Shown piece by piece: positions 26,942 through 35,623 of a stretch of DNA of 64,000 bases. Every line of letters begins with the position of its first letter. Within the stretch, counting starts at the first letter, position 1. The position numbers and the translations under genes are program-made. The stretch is from assembly GCA_002709835.1 (NCBI GenBank), contig PAQX01000033.1:8538-72537 (forward strand). Reading direction: 5' to 3'. This stretch comes from Deltaproteobacteria bacterium. Its GTDB lineage: Bacteria > Myxococcota_A > UBA9160 > UBA4427. Under the pieces are notes generated by a model, which worked only from the letters and a program-made list of their open reading frames with translations, did no database searches and was not told the origin of the DNA.

Positions 26942-27517
26942 TCAACTCAGTCGCTTCGCGCCGATCGACGTGGCCATCCAGTTCCCCAGTCGCGACCAGA
27001 AGACCTCCTGCAGTCGGGACCAGGGCTTCTCGGCCCAGGGCACGACATCACTCGAGAGTCGAAGTCGTACGCGGGTCTCGGCGTCCCCTTCGCCGAGTAC
27101 GAGGAACTCGAGGCGAGTCGGTCGCAGGAGACGAAGGCTGAGCACGTAGCTCCCGTAGAGATAGGACAGCGATCGATAGGCCCCGTCTTGCGTCTCTTCG
27201 ATCGTGTCCAGTCGACCGGGGAGCGAGAGCAGCGGGCCGTGATGGATGTTGAGACCGCCTTCGTGGAAGCCCGCGGGCGAGCCTGACTCGGGCGCGAGAA
27301 AGTCGACGCGGTAGGGCCAGAACTGCCCCTCGGAGAAGGTCTCCGGCGTCTCGAGCCATCGCCAGGCGTGCGTCCAGTGCGTCGCGATCCGGAACTCGCT
27401 CGTGTGCGCATGTTCGATGAATCCGGGCGTCTGCGGGTGCTCGGCCGGACGGTCGCGTGCGACACGAGGATCGATCCGGGAGGAGAGGGAAGCCTCGAAG
27501 GGAGGGGCGGAGGTCAT
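26942..27517 (-). CDS. hypothetical protein (possibly SRPBCC-like)
   Basis: Start trimmed to ATG 27517 (MTSAPPFE), with GGAGAA SD. 191 aa, no confident family call. Confidence 0.5.
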   Translation of the reverse strand: MTSAPPFEASLSSRIDPRVARDRPAEHPQTPGFIEHAHTSEFRIATHWTHAWRWLETPETFSEGQFWPYRVDFLAPESGSPAGFHEGGLNIHHGPLLSLPGRLDTIEETQDGAYRSLSYLYGSYVLSLRLLRPTRLEFLVLGEGDAETRVRLRLSSDVVPWAEKPWSRLQEVFWSRLGNWMATSIGAKRLS

Positions 27518-27623
27518 GCATTCTCCGGTCGAGCTTGATTCGCGGGGTCTCGTTTTCCCCCAAGCACTACGGGGAAACGCGGTGGGGGACGAGTCGGGAC
27601 CTCGGGATCCCGGGAGAGGCAGG

Positions 27624-28106
27624 TCATGAGCCGGGTGGGGTTGCGTTCGCGGGTTCGGCGGTTCGAGGCAGGGCGTCGAGAGCGCGACGCAGTCCATCGG
27701 CGGAGCGCTCGCCCGTGAATTGGAAGCCGACGTGGATCAGCGGATCGAGCAGGAAGGACAGGCCGCCGAGGCGCAGATCGGCGTCGTAGCGGATTTCGGT
27801 TCCGCCGGACCGGGGTGTGAGTTCGATCGTGTCGAGCGACCGGAACCAGGGCTCGTCGGCCCGGAAAACGAGGAGGCGATCAGGGTCTGCGCGCTCCAGG
27901 GTGTAGTGGATCGGGACGGTCCGCCCTCCGAGGCCGAGGCCGAGGTCGACGCGGAACTCCGCGCCGGCTTCCAGGGGGCCCTCGTCCAGTCGTGCGGCGG
28001 AGGGGACGCTCGGGTCCCAGGAAGCCGCGTTGGAAAAGTCGGCGAGGTACCGGAAGGCCGCGGAGGTGTCCGCGCGGGTCGCGATCGTCGTTTCGAAGTA
28101 GGCCAT
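27624..28106 (-). CDS. SRPBCC (polyketide cyclase/dehydrase-like) family protein
   Basis: MAYFETTIATRADTSAAFRYLADFSNAASWDP is the typical SRPBCC N-terminus. Start is ATG 28106 with GGGAG SD. Confidence 0.7.
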   Translation of the reverse strand: MAYFETTIATRADTSAAFRYLADFSNAASWDPSVPSAARLDEGPLEAGAEFRVDLGLGLGGRTVPIHYTLERADPDRLLVFRADEPWFRSLDTIELTPRSGGTEIRYDADLRLGGLSFLLDPLIHVGFQFTGERSADGLRRALDALPRTAEPANATPPGS

Positions 28107-28259
28107 GGGGCTCCCGAGCGGCGGGACGGTCGACGTGAACACAATGCTCTCCGAGGACCGTATCCGCGCCTGGCCTGGCTGTCTCGCGGCTCCCGCTCGA
28201 ACCTTCCCGGCTTCCCGCTAGGAGTTAGTTTTCTCACGGAGCCTGCGGAGCAATCTTCC

Positions 28260-28709
28260 ATGACCTACTTCCTCTTACTCGTCCATGTGGCTGCGACCTG
28301 GTACATGGTGGGGCTCTGCTGGCTGGTGCAGCGCGTCCAGTATCCGCTGATGGCGCAGGTCGGGCGTGCCGGGTTCGCCGACTACGAAGCAGCTCATGTC
28401 GCGCGGATCGGCCCGATCGTCGCCCCGCCGATGGTGATCGAGCTCGCAACGGGGCTGCTGCTGCTCTCATCGAACGAGACGGAGTTCCGCCATCCTTCGT
28501 TCCTGATCGCGCTGGGTTTGCTCGCGGCGATCTGGGTCTCGACCTTCGCGCTGCAGGTCCCGCTCCACGGGAAGCTCGCAGCGGGTTTCGATCCCGAAAC
28601 GCACGCGTCGCTCGTGTCGACGAACTGGCTCCGCACGATCGCGTGGACCGCACGCGGCCTGCTCGTAGGCTGGCTGACGTGGCGCCTCGCCATGGTGGAA
28701 CGCGCGTGA
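28260..28709 (+). CDS. DUF1772-like (anthrone-oxygenase-like) small membrane protein
   Basis: Four hydrophobic helices. ATG 28260. The stop overlaps the GTG of the photolyase gene (GTGA). Confidence 0.6.
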   Translation: MTYFLLLVHVAATWYMVGLCWLVQRVQYPLMAQVGRAGFADYEAAHVARIGPIVAPPMVIELATGLLLLSSNETEFRHPSFLIALGLLAAIWVSTFALQVPLHGKLAAGFDPETHASLVSTNWLRTIAWTARGLLVGWLTWRLAMVERA

Positions 28710-30277
28710 GTGTCTTCTCCGACCGGCTCCGCGAGGCGAACTGCGCTGATTCCGGCGCCGGTCGACGCTGGGTCTTCGCGTCCTACGACCAGCTGACCGA
28801 TCGCGTGGGCCCTCTCTCGAGCGAGTCGCCGGGGAATCTCGGCCTCGTCCTCGTCGAGACGACCTGGAGGCCACGACAACGTCCCTATCACAAACAAAAG
28901 CTCGCGATGGAGATCGCGAGTCAGCGTCACTTCGCGCTGGAGCAAGCGCGCCGCGGAGTTGCGATCCGCTATCTGACCGGGGACGAGACCTATGAAGAGC
29001 TGCTGGCCCCCGTCCTCGAGAAGGTCGGGCCGCTCCATGTGATGGAGCCGGCGGAGCGTGAGCTTCGGACCTCGCTCGCGCCGCTGGTCTCTTCCGGCTC
29101 GGTCGAGGTGGTTCCGAACGAGACGTGGCTCTCCACCCGTTCTCAGTTCGAGAAGTCCATCGGGGCCGCCGGCACCTGGCGGATGGATCGCTTCTACCGG
29201 AGGGTCCGTCAGGACTCGGGCATCCTGATGGACGGGAAGAAGCCGACCGGCGGGAAGTACAGCTTCGACGCCGAGAACCGAAAGGCCTGGCGGGGAGAGC
29301 CGGTCGCGCCTGATCCGCCGACCTTCGAAGTCGACGAGATCAAGCGCGAAGTCTTCGAGCTGGTGGAAGCACGGTTCGGCGACCATCCGGGCAGGCTGGA
29401 CGCGACGGCGCTCCCCGCAAGTCAGGACGAGGCGGAGCGCGCCTGGTCCTGGGCGAAGACCTCGTGCCTTCAGCATTTCGGGCCCTACGAGGATGCGATG
29501 TCGACGAAGTCCGCGGGCCTCTTCCATACGCGGATCTCGGCTTTGATGAACAACGGGCGGCTGCTTCCTCGAAGGGTGATCGAGGACGCGCTCGCGCTCG
29601 ACCTCCCCCTCGCGAGCCAGGAAGGCTTCGTGAGACAGATCCTCGGCTGGCGCGAGTTCATGCGGCACGTGCACTTCGAGACAGACGGTTTTCGTCGCCT
29701 GCCGGAGGGAATCGCGGACAACGTCCTCGATGCGACGGAGCCTCTGCCCGACGCGTATTGGGGGGCGCCCTCGGGTCTCGCCTGCCTCGATCACGTGGTC
29801 GACGAGGTCTGGAAGACCGGGTACGGACACCACATCACACGCCTCATGGTGCTTTCCAACATCGCGACGCTTCTCGGTCTCGAACCACGTGCGCTGAGTG
29901 ATTGGTTCTGGGTCGCCTACGTGGACGCCTACGACTGGGTCGTGGAACCGAACGTGATCGGGATGGGCACCTTCGCGCTCGGCGATCTCTTCGTGACGAA
30001 GCCCTACGTCTCGGGAGCCGCCTACGTGAATCGCATGTCCGATTACTGCGGGGATTGCGCATTCTCGCCGAAGAAGGACTGCCCGCTCACTCCGCTCTAC
30101 TGGTCTTTCCTCGAGCGGAACGAGGAAGCGCTGACGGGCAACGTGCGCATGGCGATGCCACTGCGGAGCCTGGCCAAGCGCGATCCGGATAAGCGCGCGG
30201 CCGATCGGGAAATCCGGGCCCGGGTTCTCGCCGCCCTGCGCGAGGGCCGACCGGTCGAGCCGGAGGCGATGTCGTGA
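28706..30277 (+). CDS. FeS-BCP-type cryptochrome/(6-4) photolyase family protein (PhrB/CryB-like)
   Basis: YHKQKL, GPYEDAM, GWREFMRH, HHITRLMVLSN, DAYDWV, and four Cys (ACLDH ... DYCGDCAFSPKKDC) in the positions of the PhrB [4Fe-4S] ligands. The start (GTG 28706 or ATG 28643) is uncertain. Confidence 0.85.
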   Translation: MSVFSDRLREANCADSGAGRRWVFASYDQLTDRVGPLSSESPGNLGLVLVETTWRPRQRPYHKQKLAMEIASQRHFALEQARRGVAIRYLTGDETYEELLAPVLEKVGPLHVMEPAERELRTSLAPLVSSGSVEVVPNETWLSTRSQFEKSIGAAGTWRMDRFYRRVRQDSGILMDGKKPTGGKYSFDAENRKAWRGEPVAPDPPTFEVDEIKREVFELVEARFGDHPGRLDATALPASQDEAERAWSWAKTSCLQHFGPYEDAMSTKSAGLFHTRISALMNNGRLLPRRVIEDALALDLPLASQEGFVRQILGWREFMRHVHFETDGFRRLPEGIADNVLDATEPLPDAYWGAPSGLACLDHVVDEVWKTGYGHHITRLMVLSNIATLLGLEPRALSDWFWVAYVDAYDWVVEPNVIGMGTFALGDLFVTKPYVSGAAYVNRMSDYCGDCAFSPKKDCPLTPLYWSFLERNEEALTGNVRMAMPLRSLAKRDPDKRAADREIRARVLAALREGRPVEPEAMS

Positions 30278-30861
30278 TGGACGACTACTACTCTCCGCAT
30301 CCGAGGGTCCTGCTCAGCCGCCCGATCCTGATCGGTGGGCAGATTGGGTGCGGTGCGCCCCTCGTGGGGCGAACGCTGTCCGCGCGAACAGGGCTGCCCT
30401 TCGTCGAGGTGGATCGGAGAATCGAACATACCGCGGGCGCCAGCCTCGCAGAGCTGGCGAAACGCGATGGTCTCGCCTCCGTCGCCCGCCGCGCACGAGA
30501 CGTGCTGCTCGCGTGTGCGCTCGAGAGGCCGGCGTCGATCGTCGTGCTCGATGCCGCCTGGCCGACGGCTGGGGTGGGGCGTGCCCTCGGTCGCTCCCTC
30601 GACCTCGTCCACGTGGAGCGCCCCGCCGACTACCTGCTCGATCGAATCGAGAAGGAGATTCATCGGGTCGGGGCGTGGCGTCTCGGTGGGCACCCGTTTG
30701 CCTTCCGGACCGGCGACGATCTCGCCGCGTTCCAGGGGGATCGGATCGATCTGCTCGCCCGAGCGACGGTTCATTACGCCGCCGACCATCAACATCCCCT
30801 CGAAGTGGTGGATGGCCTCCTGGAGTCGCTCGAAGCGATCTTTGGCGCGAAGGCGATCTGA
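30274..30861 (+). CDS. shikimate-kinase-fold protein with a degenerate P-loop (pseudo-kinase)
   Basis: Collinear with AroK (ILIGGQIGCGAPLVGRTLSARTGLPFVEVDRRIE...), but GxxGxGK[ST] is replaced by GQIGCGAP. The ATG overlaps the photolyase stop (ATGA). Confidence 0.6.
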   Translation: MMDDYYSPHPRVLLSRPILIGGQIGCGAPLVGRTLSARTGLPFVEVDRRIEHTAGASLAELAKRDGLASVARRARDVLLACALERPASIVVLDAAWPTAGVGRALGRSLDLVHVERPADYLLDRIEKEIHRVGAWRLGGHPFAFRTGDDLAAFQGDRIDLLARATVHYAADHQHPLEVVDGLLESLEAIFGAKAI

Positions 30862-30864
30862 TCG

Positions 30865-31260
30865 GTGGGCGCGGAGAGAGAGGTTCGGTTCTGTCGTCGA
30901 TGCGGGCGGCGAATCGAGTGGCGCCGCAAGTGGGCGTCGCAATGGGATCGGATCGCTTATTGCGGGGAAGCCTGCCGTCGCCGTCGCGTCGGCGCTCGTG
31001 ACCGATCGATCGAGGCCGCCCTCTCGGAGCGGGCCGCCCGCGCGTCCGCGGGGGCCACGTTCTGTCCGTCCGAGGTCGCGCGCGCGCTCGGCGGGACCAC
31101 CTGGCGGGATTGGATGGAGCCCGTGCGGGAGGCGGCGAGGCGGCTCGTCGTGCGCGGCGAGCTCGAGATCCTGCAAGAGGGACACGTCGTCGACGCCTCG
31201 ACCGCGCGCGGGCCGATTCGCGTTCGGAGAGTGGACCGACCGGTGGATTTCGCGCGCTAG
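30865..31260 (+). CDS. DUF2256 zinc-ribbon fused to a DUF3253 domain
   Basis: FCRRCGRRIEWRRKWASQWDRIAYCGEACRRRR matches the DUF2256 pattern. TFCPSEVARAL...WRDWMEPVREAARRLVVRGELEILQEGHVVD...GPIRVRR matches DUF3253. GTG start 4 nt after the previous stop. Confidence 0.7.
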   Translation: MGAEREVRFCRRCGRRIEWRRKWASQWDRIAYCGEACRRRRVGARDRSIEAALSERAARASAGATFCPSEVARALGGTTWRDWMEPVREAARRLVVRGELEILQEGHVVDASTARGPIRVRRVDRPVDFAR

Positions 31261-31334
31261 CCGAGCCTCGCGACCGTGCGGCGCCGCTCTATCCTCTGTC
31301 TCCCGGATCGGCTGATCGGGATAGGAGGTTGTCT

Positions 31335-33476
31335 TTGCGGCGTTTCGTACTGGGGCTGTCCATCATCGTCGTCGGCGTGATCGCGTGTGCGCGCGGTGGA
31401 CCGCAAAACCTCGGCACCTCCCCGTCTCGCGAAGACTGGGAGTGGAGCGTCTATCTGGGCGACGCCGGGCGGACCCACTTCGCCCCGCTCGATCAGATCT
31501 CCGTGGAAAACGTCGACCAGCTCGTGCCGGTCTGGAGCTACGACACCGGTGCGACCGAAGGCGCGCTCTCCCAGATCCAGTGCAACCCGATCGTGGTCGA
31601 CGGGTTCCTCTACGGCACGACGCCCCGTTCTCATCCCTTTGCGCTCGATGCCGCGACCGGCGCCGAGCGCTGGCGCTTCGATCCGACCGCGCACGGCAGC
31701 GCCGCGCAGGGCCACAACCGGGGCGTCGTCTACTGGGCGGGACCCGATGGCGGTCGGGTCCTCGCTGCGTCGGGTCAGGATCTGTGGATGCTCGATGCCA
31801 GCACGGGCGTGCCCGTGCCGGAATTCGGCGACGGGGGCCGGGTGGACCTCCGCACCGGACTGGCGCACGGCCTCGAGGCCTCGGACGTCGGATCTCCCAC
31901 GCCCGGGGTCGTCTTCGAAGACCTGATCATCGTCGGGACGAAGGTGGGCGAAGTGGATGGCGCCGCACCGGGAGACGTTCGCGCCTTCGATCTGAATACG
32001 GGTGCGCTCCGCTGGAGCTTTCACACGATCCCTCACGATGGCGAGTTCGGGGCCGAAACGTGGCCTGCCGGTGCGTGGCGCGATCGCGGGGGGGCCAACT
32101 CCTGGTCCGGCGCGACCCTCGATGCCGAGCGCGGGATCGTCTATCTGCCGACGGGTTCGGCGACGCCCGACTTCTGGGGTGGAGACCGTCCGGGCGACAA
32201 TCTCTACGCGAACTCGCTGCTCGCTCTCGATGCGCGAACAGGTGAGCGGCGCTGGCACTTCCAGACCGTCCATCACGACCTGTGGGATCGGGACCTTCCG
32301 GCGCCCCCGACGCTCGTCACGATCGAACGTGACGGCCGGCGGATCGATGCGGTCACACAGACGACGAAGAGCGGCCATCTCTTCGTCTTTGACCGCGATA
32401 CGGGCGAGCCGATCTTTCCGATCGAAGAGCGAGCGGTTCCCGCGCCCCTCCTCGACGGCGAATGGGTCGCGAAGACCCAGCCCTTCCCGACGGCCCCGCC
32501 GCCCTTCACCCGGCAGGCGCTCGACCTTTCCGGACTCGACGACGGTTGGAGAGCGGAGGGGTTTCGCGAGAAGCAGATGGCGCGCCTCGAAGGCATGCGC
32601 ATGGGCGAGGACTACATCCCGCCGAGCCTCGAGGGCTCGGTCATGTATCCGTCCTTCGACGGCGGCGCGGAGTGGGGCGGGGCCGCCTGGGACGAGGAGA
32701 CGGGCCTGCTCTACGTGAACGCCAACGAGATCGGCGGCGTCATGACGATGATCGAGGCGCCGAAGGAGGTGAACCCGCGCAGCGTCTATCTCGAGAACTG
32801 CGCCGTCTGCCATGGGCCGGATCTCGAAGGCACCGGCGTCGGCCCTTCGATTCGAAAGGTCGGCGAGCGACGCAGCGCTCTCGAGATCCTGACGATCCTG
32901 GCGCTCGGCGCCGGACGCATGCCCGGCTTCGTGCACATCCCGCTCCCGATCCTCGAGCGACTGACCGCCTATGTGTCCGACCCCGATGACGAGAAGAAGG
33001 CGCTCGCTGCTCTTGACGCGCGACCGGGAAGCGACGCGCCCTTCGTCGCCAAGGGGTACACCTATCTGCGTGACGACGAAGGCGTGCCGATCAACGCGCC
33101 GCCCTTCGGCACTCTGACCGCGATCGACGTCGGCGCCGGCACGATCCGCTGGCAGGTCCCGCTCGGCGATTACCCCCATCTCGTCGAACGGGGCGTGACA
33201 GGGGCGGGGACCGAGAACTACGGCGGACCGGTCGTCACCGCAGGCGGTCTGCTCTTCATCGCGGCCACGGCCGACGAGACCCTTCGCGCCTTCGACAAGC
33301 GGACCGGCGAGGTCCTCTGGGAGGCGCCGCTCCCGGCCTCGGGCTTCGCGACGCCAGCCACGTACTCCGTCTCGGGAAGGCAGTACGTCGTGATCGCAGC
33401 GGGTGGTGGCAAGCTCGGCCGCGCCTCGGGTTCGACCTACGTCGCCTTCGCGCTCCCGGAGACCGAGAAGGACTGA
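31335..33476 (+). CDS. PQQ-dependent dehydrogenase (Gcd-like propeller) with an internal c-type cytochrome domain; signal/lipoprotein anchor
   Basis: AGGAGG at 31323-31328, then TTG 31335. Signal FVLGLSIIVVGVIAC. Propeller repeats (...AATGAERWRFDP..., ...ARTGERRWHFQTVHHDLWDRD...). CAVCH at 32798-32812 with GRMPGF. The propeller then resumes and ends ...TAGGLLFIAATADETLRAFDKRTGEVLWEAPLP...GRQYVVIAAGGG. Confidence 0.85.
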   Translation: MRRFVLGLSIIVVGVIACARGGPQNLGTSPSREDWEWSVYLGDAGRTHFAPLDQISVENVDQLVPVWSYDTGATEGALSQIQCNPIVVDGFLYGTTPRSHPFALDAATGAERWRFDPTAHGSAAQGHNRGVVYWAGPDGGRVLAASGQDLWMLDASTGVPVPEFGDGGRVDLRTGLAHGLEASDVGSPTPGVVFEDLIIVGTKVGEVDGAAPGDVRAFDLNTGALRWSFHTIPHDGEFGAETWPAGAWRDRGGANSWSGATLDAERGIVYLPTGSATPDFWGGDRPGDNLYANSLLALDARTGERRWHFQTVHHDLWDRDLPAPPTLVTIERDGRRIDAVTQTTKSGHLFVFDRDTGEPIFPIEERAVPAPLLDGEWVAKTQPFPTAPPPFTRQALDLSGLDDGWRAEGFREKQMARLEGMRMGEDYIPPSLEGSVMYPSFDGGAEWGGAAWDEETGLLYVNANEIGGVMTMIEAPKEVNPRSVYLENCAVCHGPDLEGTGVGPSIRKVGERRSALEILTILALGAGRMPGFVHIPLPILERLTAYVSDPDDEKKALAALDARPGSDAPFVAKGYTYLRDDEGVPINAPPFGTLTAIDVGAGTIRWQVPLGDYPHLVERGVTGAGTENYGGPVVTAGGLLFIAATADETLRAFDKRTGEVLWEAPLPASGFATPATYSVSGRQYVVIAAGGGKLGRASGSTYVAFALPETEKD

Positions 33477-33504
33477 CGGCGCGGCCGACGGGCCTCGACT
33501 CGAC

Positions 33505-34476
33505 CTAGGGAAAGACGAGTTCGCCGTCTTCCGGAATTACGATCTCGCCCCCGAACTCGTTGCCGACGAGGCTCGTCATCTGGATCTCGAAGAAGGGCGG
33601 CGGACGGAGCCGGACCAGCACGAGGCGGTCGACCTGGGCGGTCGTTGCGAGGCGGCCGGCGGCGTCGACCAGCGTGTGGAACGCGCGATCCCGCTCGATG
33701 CGTTCGGCGTCCTCCACGACCGCGCCGGTCCCCTCGAGTTCGTCGACCGTCGGAAGGTAGGCGGCTTCGTGAACGAGCACGTCGGCCCCCCCGGCGAAAC
33801 TCGCCAGCGTCTCATGGCCCCAGCCGCTGCCGGAGACGACGACCCGCGACTGTCCGTCGGAAAAGCGCCACGCGAGGGTAGGGAGCGGGCCGTCCGGCAG
33901 TCTTCGCGCGTCGACGGTGATCGGCCCGACGGCTTCGCTGTGGCCATCGGCGACCTCGACGACGTCGATCTTTCCTCCGTCCTCCGACAAGCCCAGCGCC
34001 GAGGCCATCGCCGCGTTCCCGCCGGCGTGCGCCGCGACGAGGCCTTCGACGAGCGCGCGGGTGCCCGCCGGACCGACGACGCGGAGCGGTGCTTCGCGGT
34101 CGGTCAGCCATCCGTTCACGAGGAGATCGTCGAGGCCGACCGTGTTCCAGGGCAGCAGGTTCGTGAGGAAGACGACCGACGGCTGGTCGACCGGGATCTT
34201 CGCGAGGCGCAGTCCCTCGGCGATGCCGCGACCCGCGTCGACGAGCACCACGGTCGTGCCGAGACCGACTGCCGTCGCGGGGCCGAGCCGTTCGGGATTC
34301 TCGAACTCGCTTCCCGTGCCCACGGCGACCACGGACAGCTCGTCATAGTCTGCCGGATCGAGCGGCGCGACCAGCTCGGCCAGCTCCGCTGCCCGCCAAA
34401 GCACGCCTGCCCCGATCCACGCGAGGATCAGGATCGCAAATACCAGCCCGAGAAACGCGAGTCGTCCGTCCATCAC
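33505..34476 (-). CDS. membrane-anchored MBL-fold protein with a degenerate metal-binding motif
   Basis: N-terminal TM helix. An RNase Z/MBL-like beta-lactamase fold pattern (VVLVDAGRG...), but FLTNLLPWNTVG stands where HxHxDH is expected. Confidence 0.65.
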   Translation of the reverse strand: MMDGRLAFLGLVFAILILAWIGAGVLWRAAELAELVAPLDPADYDELSVVAVGTGSEFENPERLGPATAVGLGTTVVLVDAGRGIAEGLRLAKIPVDQPSVVFLTNLLPWNTVGLDDLLVNGWLTDREAPLRVVGPAGTRALVEGLVAAHAGGNAAMASALGLSEDGGKIDVVEVADGHSEAVGPITVDARRLPDGPLPTLAWRFSDGQSRVVVSGSGWGHETLASFAGGADVLVHEAAYLPTVDELEGTGAVVEDAERIERDRAFHTLVDAAGRLATTAQVDRLVLVRLRPPPFFEIQMTSLVGNEFGGEIVIPEDGELVFP

Positions 34477-34574
34477 TTCTTCCCGTCCCGCTCACCCCGC
34501 GGCGAGCGCCTGAGTCCGCAGGCGGGTCCAGCACAAAGGTCCGGAGACTCCGGCGAGCGCCCGCAGACGGAAGC

Positions 34575-35459
34575 CTAATCGAAGACGACCGTCTTGTTGT
34601 CGTAGACCAGGACCCGGCCGTCGAGGTGCCAGGACACGGCGCGCGAGAGCACGGTCCGCTCGACGTCTCGGCCCTTCCGGACGAGATCCTTGGGCGTGTC
34701 CCGATGGGACACACGAACCACGTCCTGCTCGATGATCGGGCCCTCGTCGAGGTCGAGGGTCGCGTAGTGCGCCGTCGCGCCGATCCGCTTCACGCCCCGC
34801 CCATAGGCCTGATGATAGGGCTTGCCTCCCTGGAAGGCGGGAAGGAAGGAGTGATGGATGTTGATGATCCGCATGGGGAAGGCGTCGATCATCTGCTCGG
34901 AGAGGATCTGCATGTATCTCGCCATCACGACGAGATCGATCTCGTATTCTTTGAGCAGCTCGATCTCCCGGCGCTCCTGGTCCGCCTTTGTCTCCTTGGT
35001 GATCGGGTAGACGCGGTAGTCGATCCCGAACTGTTCGGCGATCGGCTCGAGGTCGGGGTGGTTGCTCACGATCAGCGGGATGTCGCAGTGGAGCTCGCCC
35101 GAGCGGTGGCGCAGCAGCAGATCGTAGAGGCAGTGGTCGGTCTTCGAGACGAAGATCGCCATCTGGGGCACGTCGCGATCGAGGCGGAGCGTCCACTCCA
35201 TCTCATAGCGGTCGGCGACCTCGCGGATCGCGCCTTCGAGGGTCTTCTCGTCGATGACCGAGCCGCCGTCGCCGGTCGCGAGGTCGAAGCGGATGCGCTG
35301 GAAGAACTTCTCGGCGACGGAGTCGGTGTGCTGATCCGCGTCCAGGATGTTCAGGCCCAGCGCAAAGAGCAGCTGGGAGAGGGCGGCCACGAGACCCGGT
35401 CGATCATCGCAGCTTACGAGGAGCGTGGCGGTCGTCGAGTCTTTCGGGGGCGTCGGCAT
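34575..35459 (-). CDS. purU: formyltetrahydrofolate deformylase
   Basis: ACT domain (LLVSCDDRPGLVAALSQLL) plus a formyltransferase core (IINIHHSFLPAFQGGKPYHQA..GVKRIGATAHY). Start is ATG 35459. Confidence 0.92.
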   Translation of the reverse strand: MPTPPKDSTTATLLVSCDDRPGLVAALSQLLFALGLNILDADQHTDSVAEKFFQRIRFDLATGDGGSVIDEKTLEGAIREVADRYEMEWTLRLDRDVPQMAIFVSKTDHCLYDLLLRHRSGELHCDIPLIVSNHPDLEPIAEQFGIDYRVYPITKETKADQERREIELLKEYEIDLVVMARYMQILSEQMIDAFPMRIINIHHSFLPAFQGGKPYHQAYGRGVKRIGATAHYATLDLDEGPIIEQDVVRVSHRDTPKDLVRKGRDVERTVLSRAVSWHLDGRVLVYDNKTVVFD

Positions 35460-35623
35460 CGGGGGTCTCCTCGGGGGAATCCGGCGGGGAAGGGTAGCCG
35501 AGAGCCGGAATCTGGCGAAGTACGCCGTTGCCTTCCCCCCCGAACTATGGCCGCCCCCGGAACCCTTGGATAGATTGTGGACAGGGAATTCACTCATTCC
35601 CGAGTTCACCGCGGCTCGTTCAT

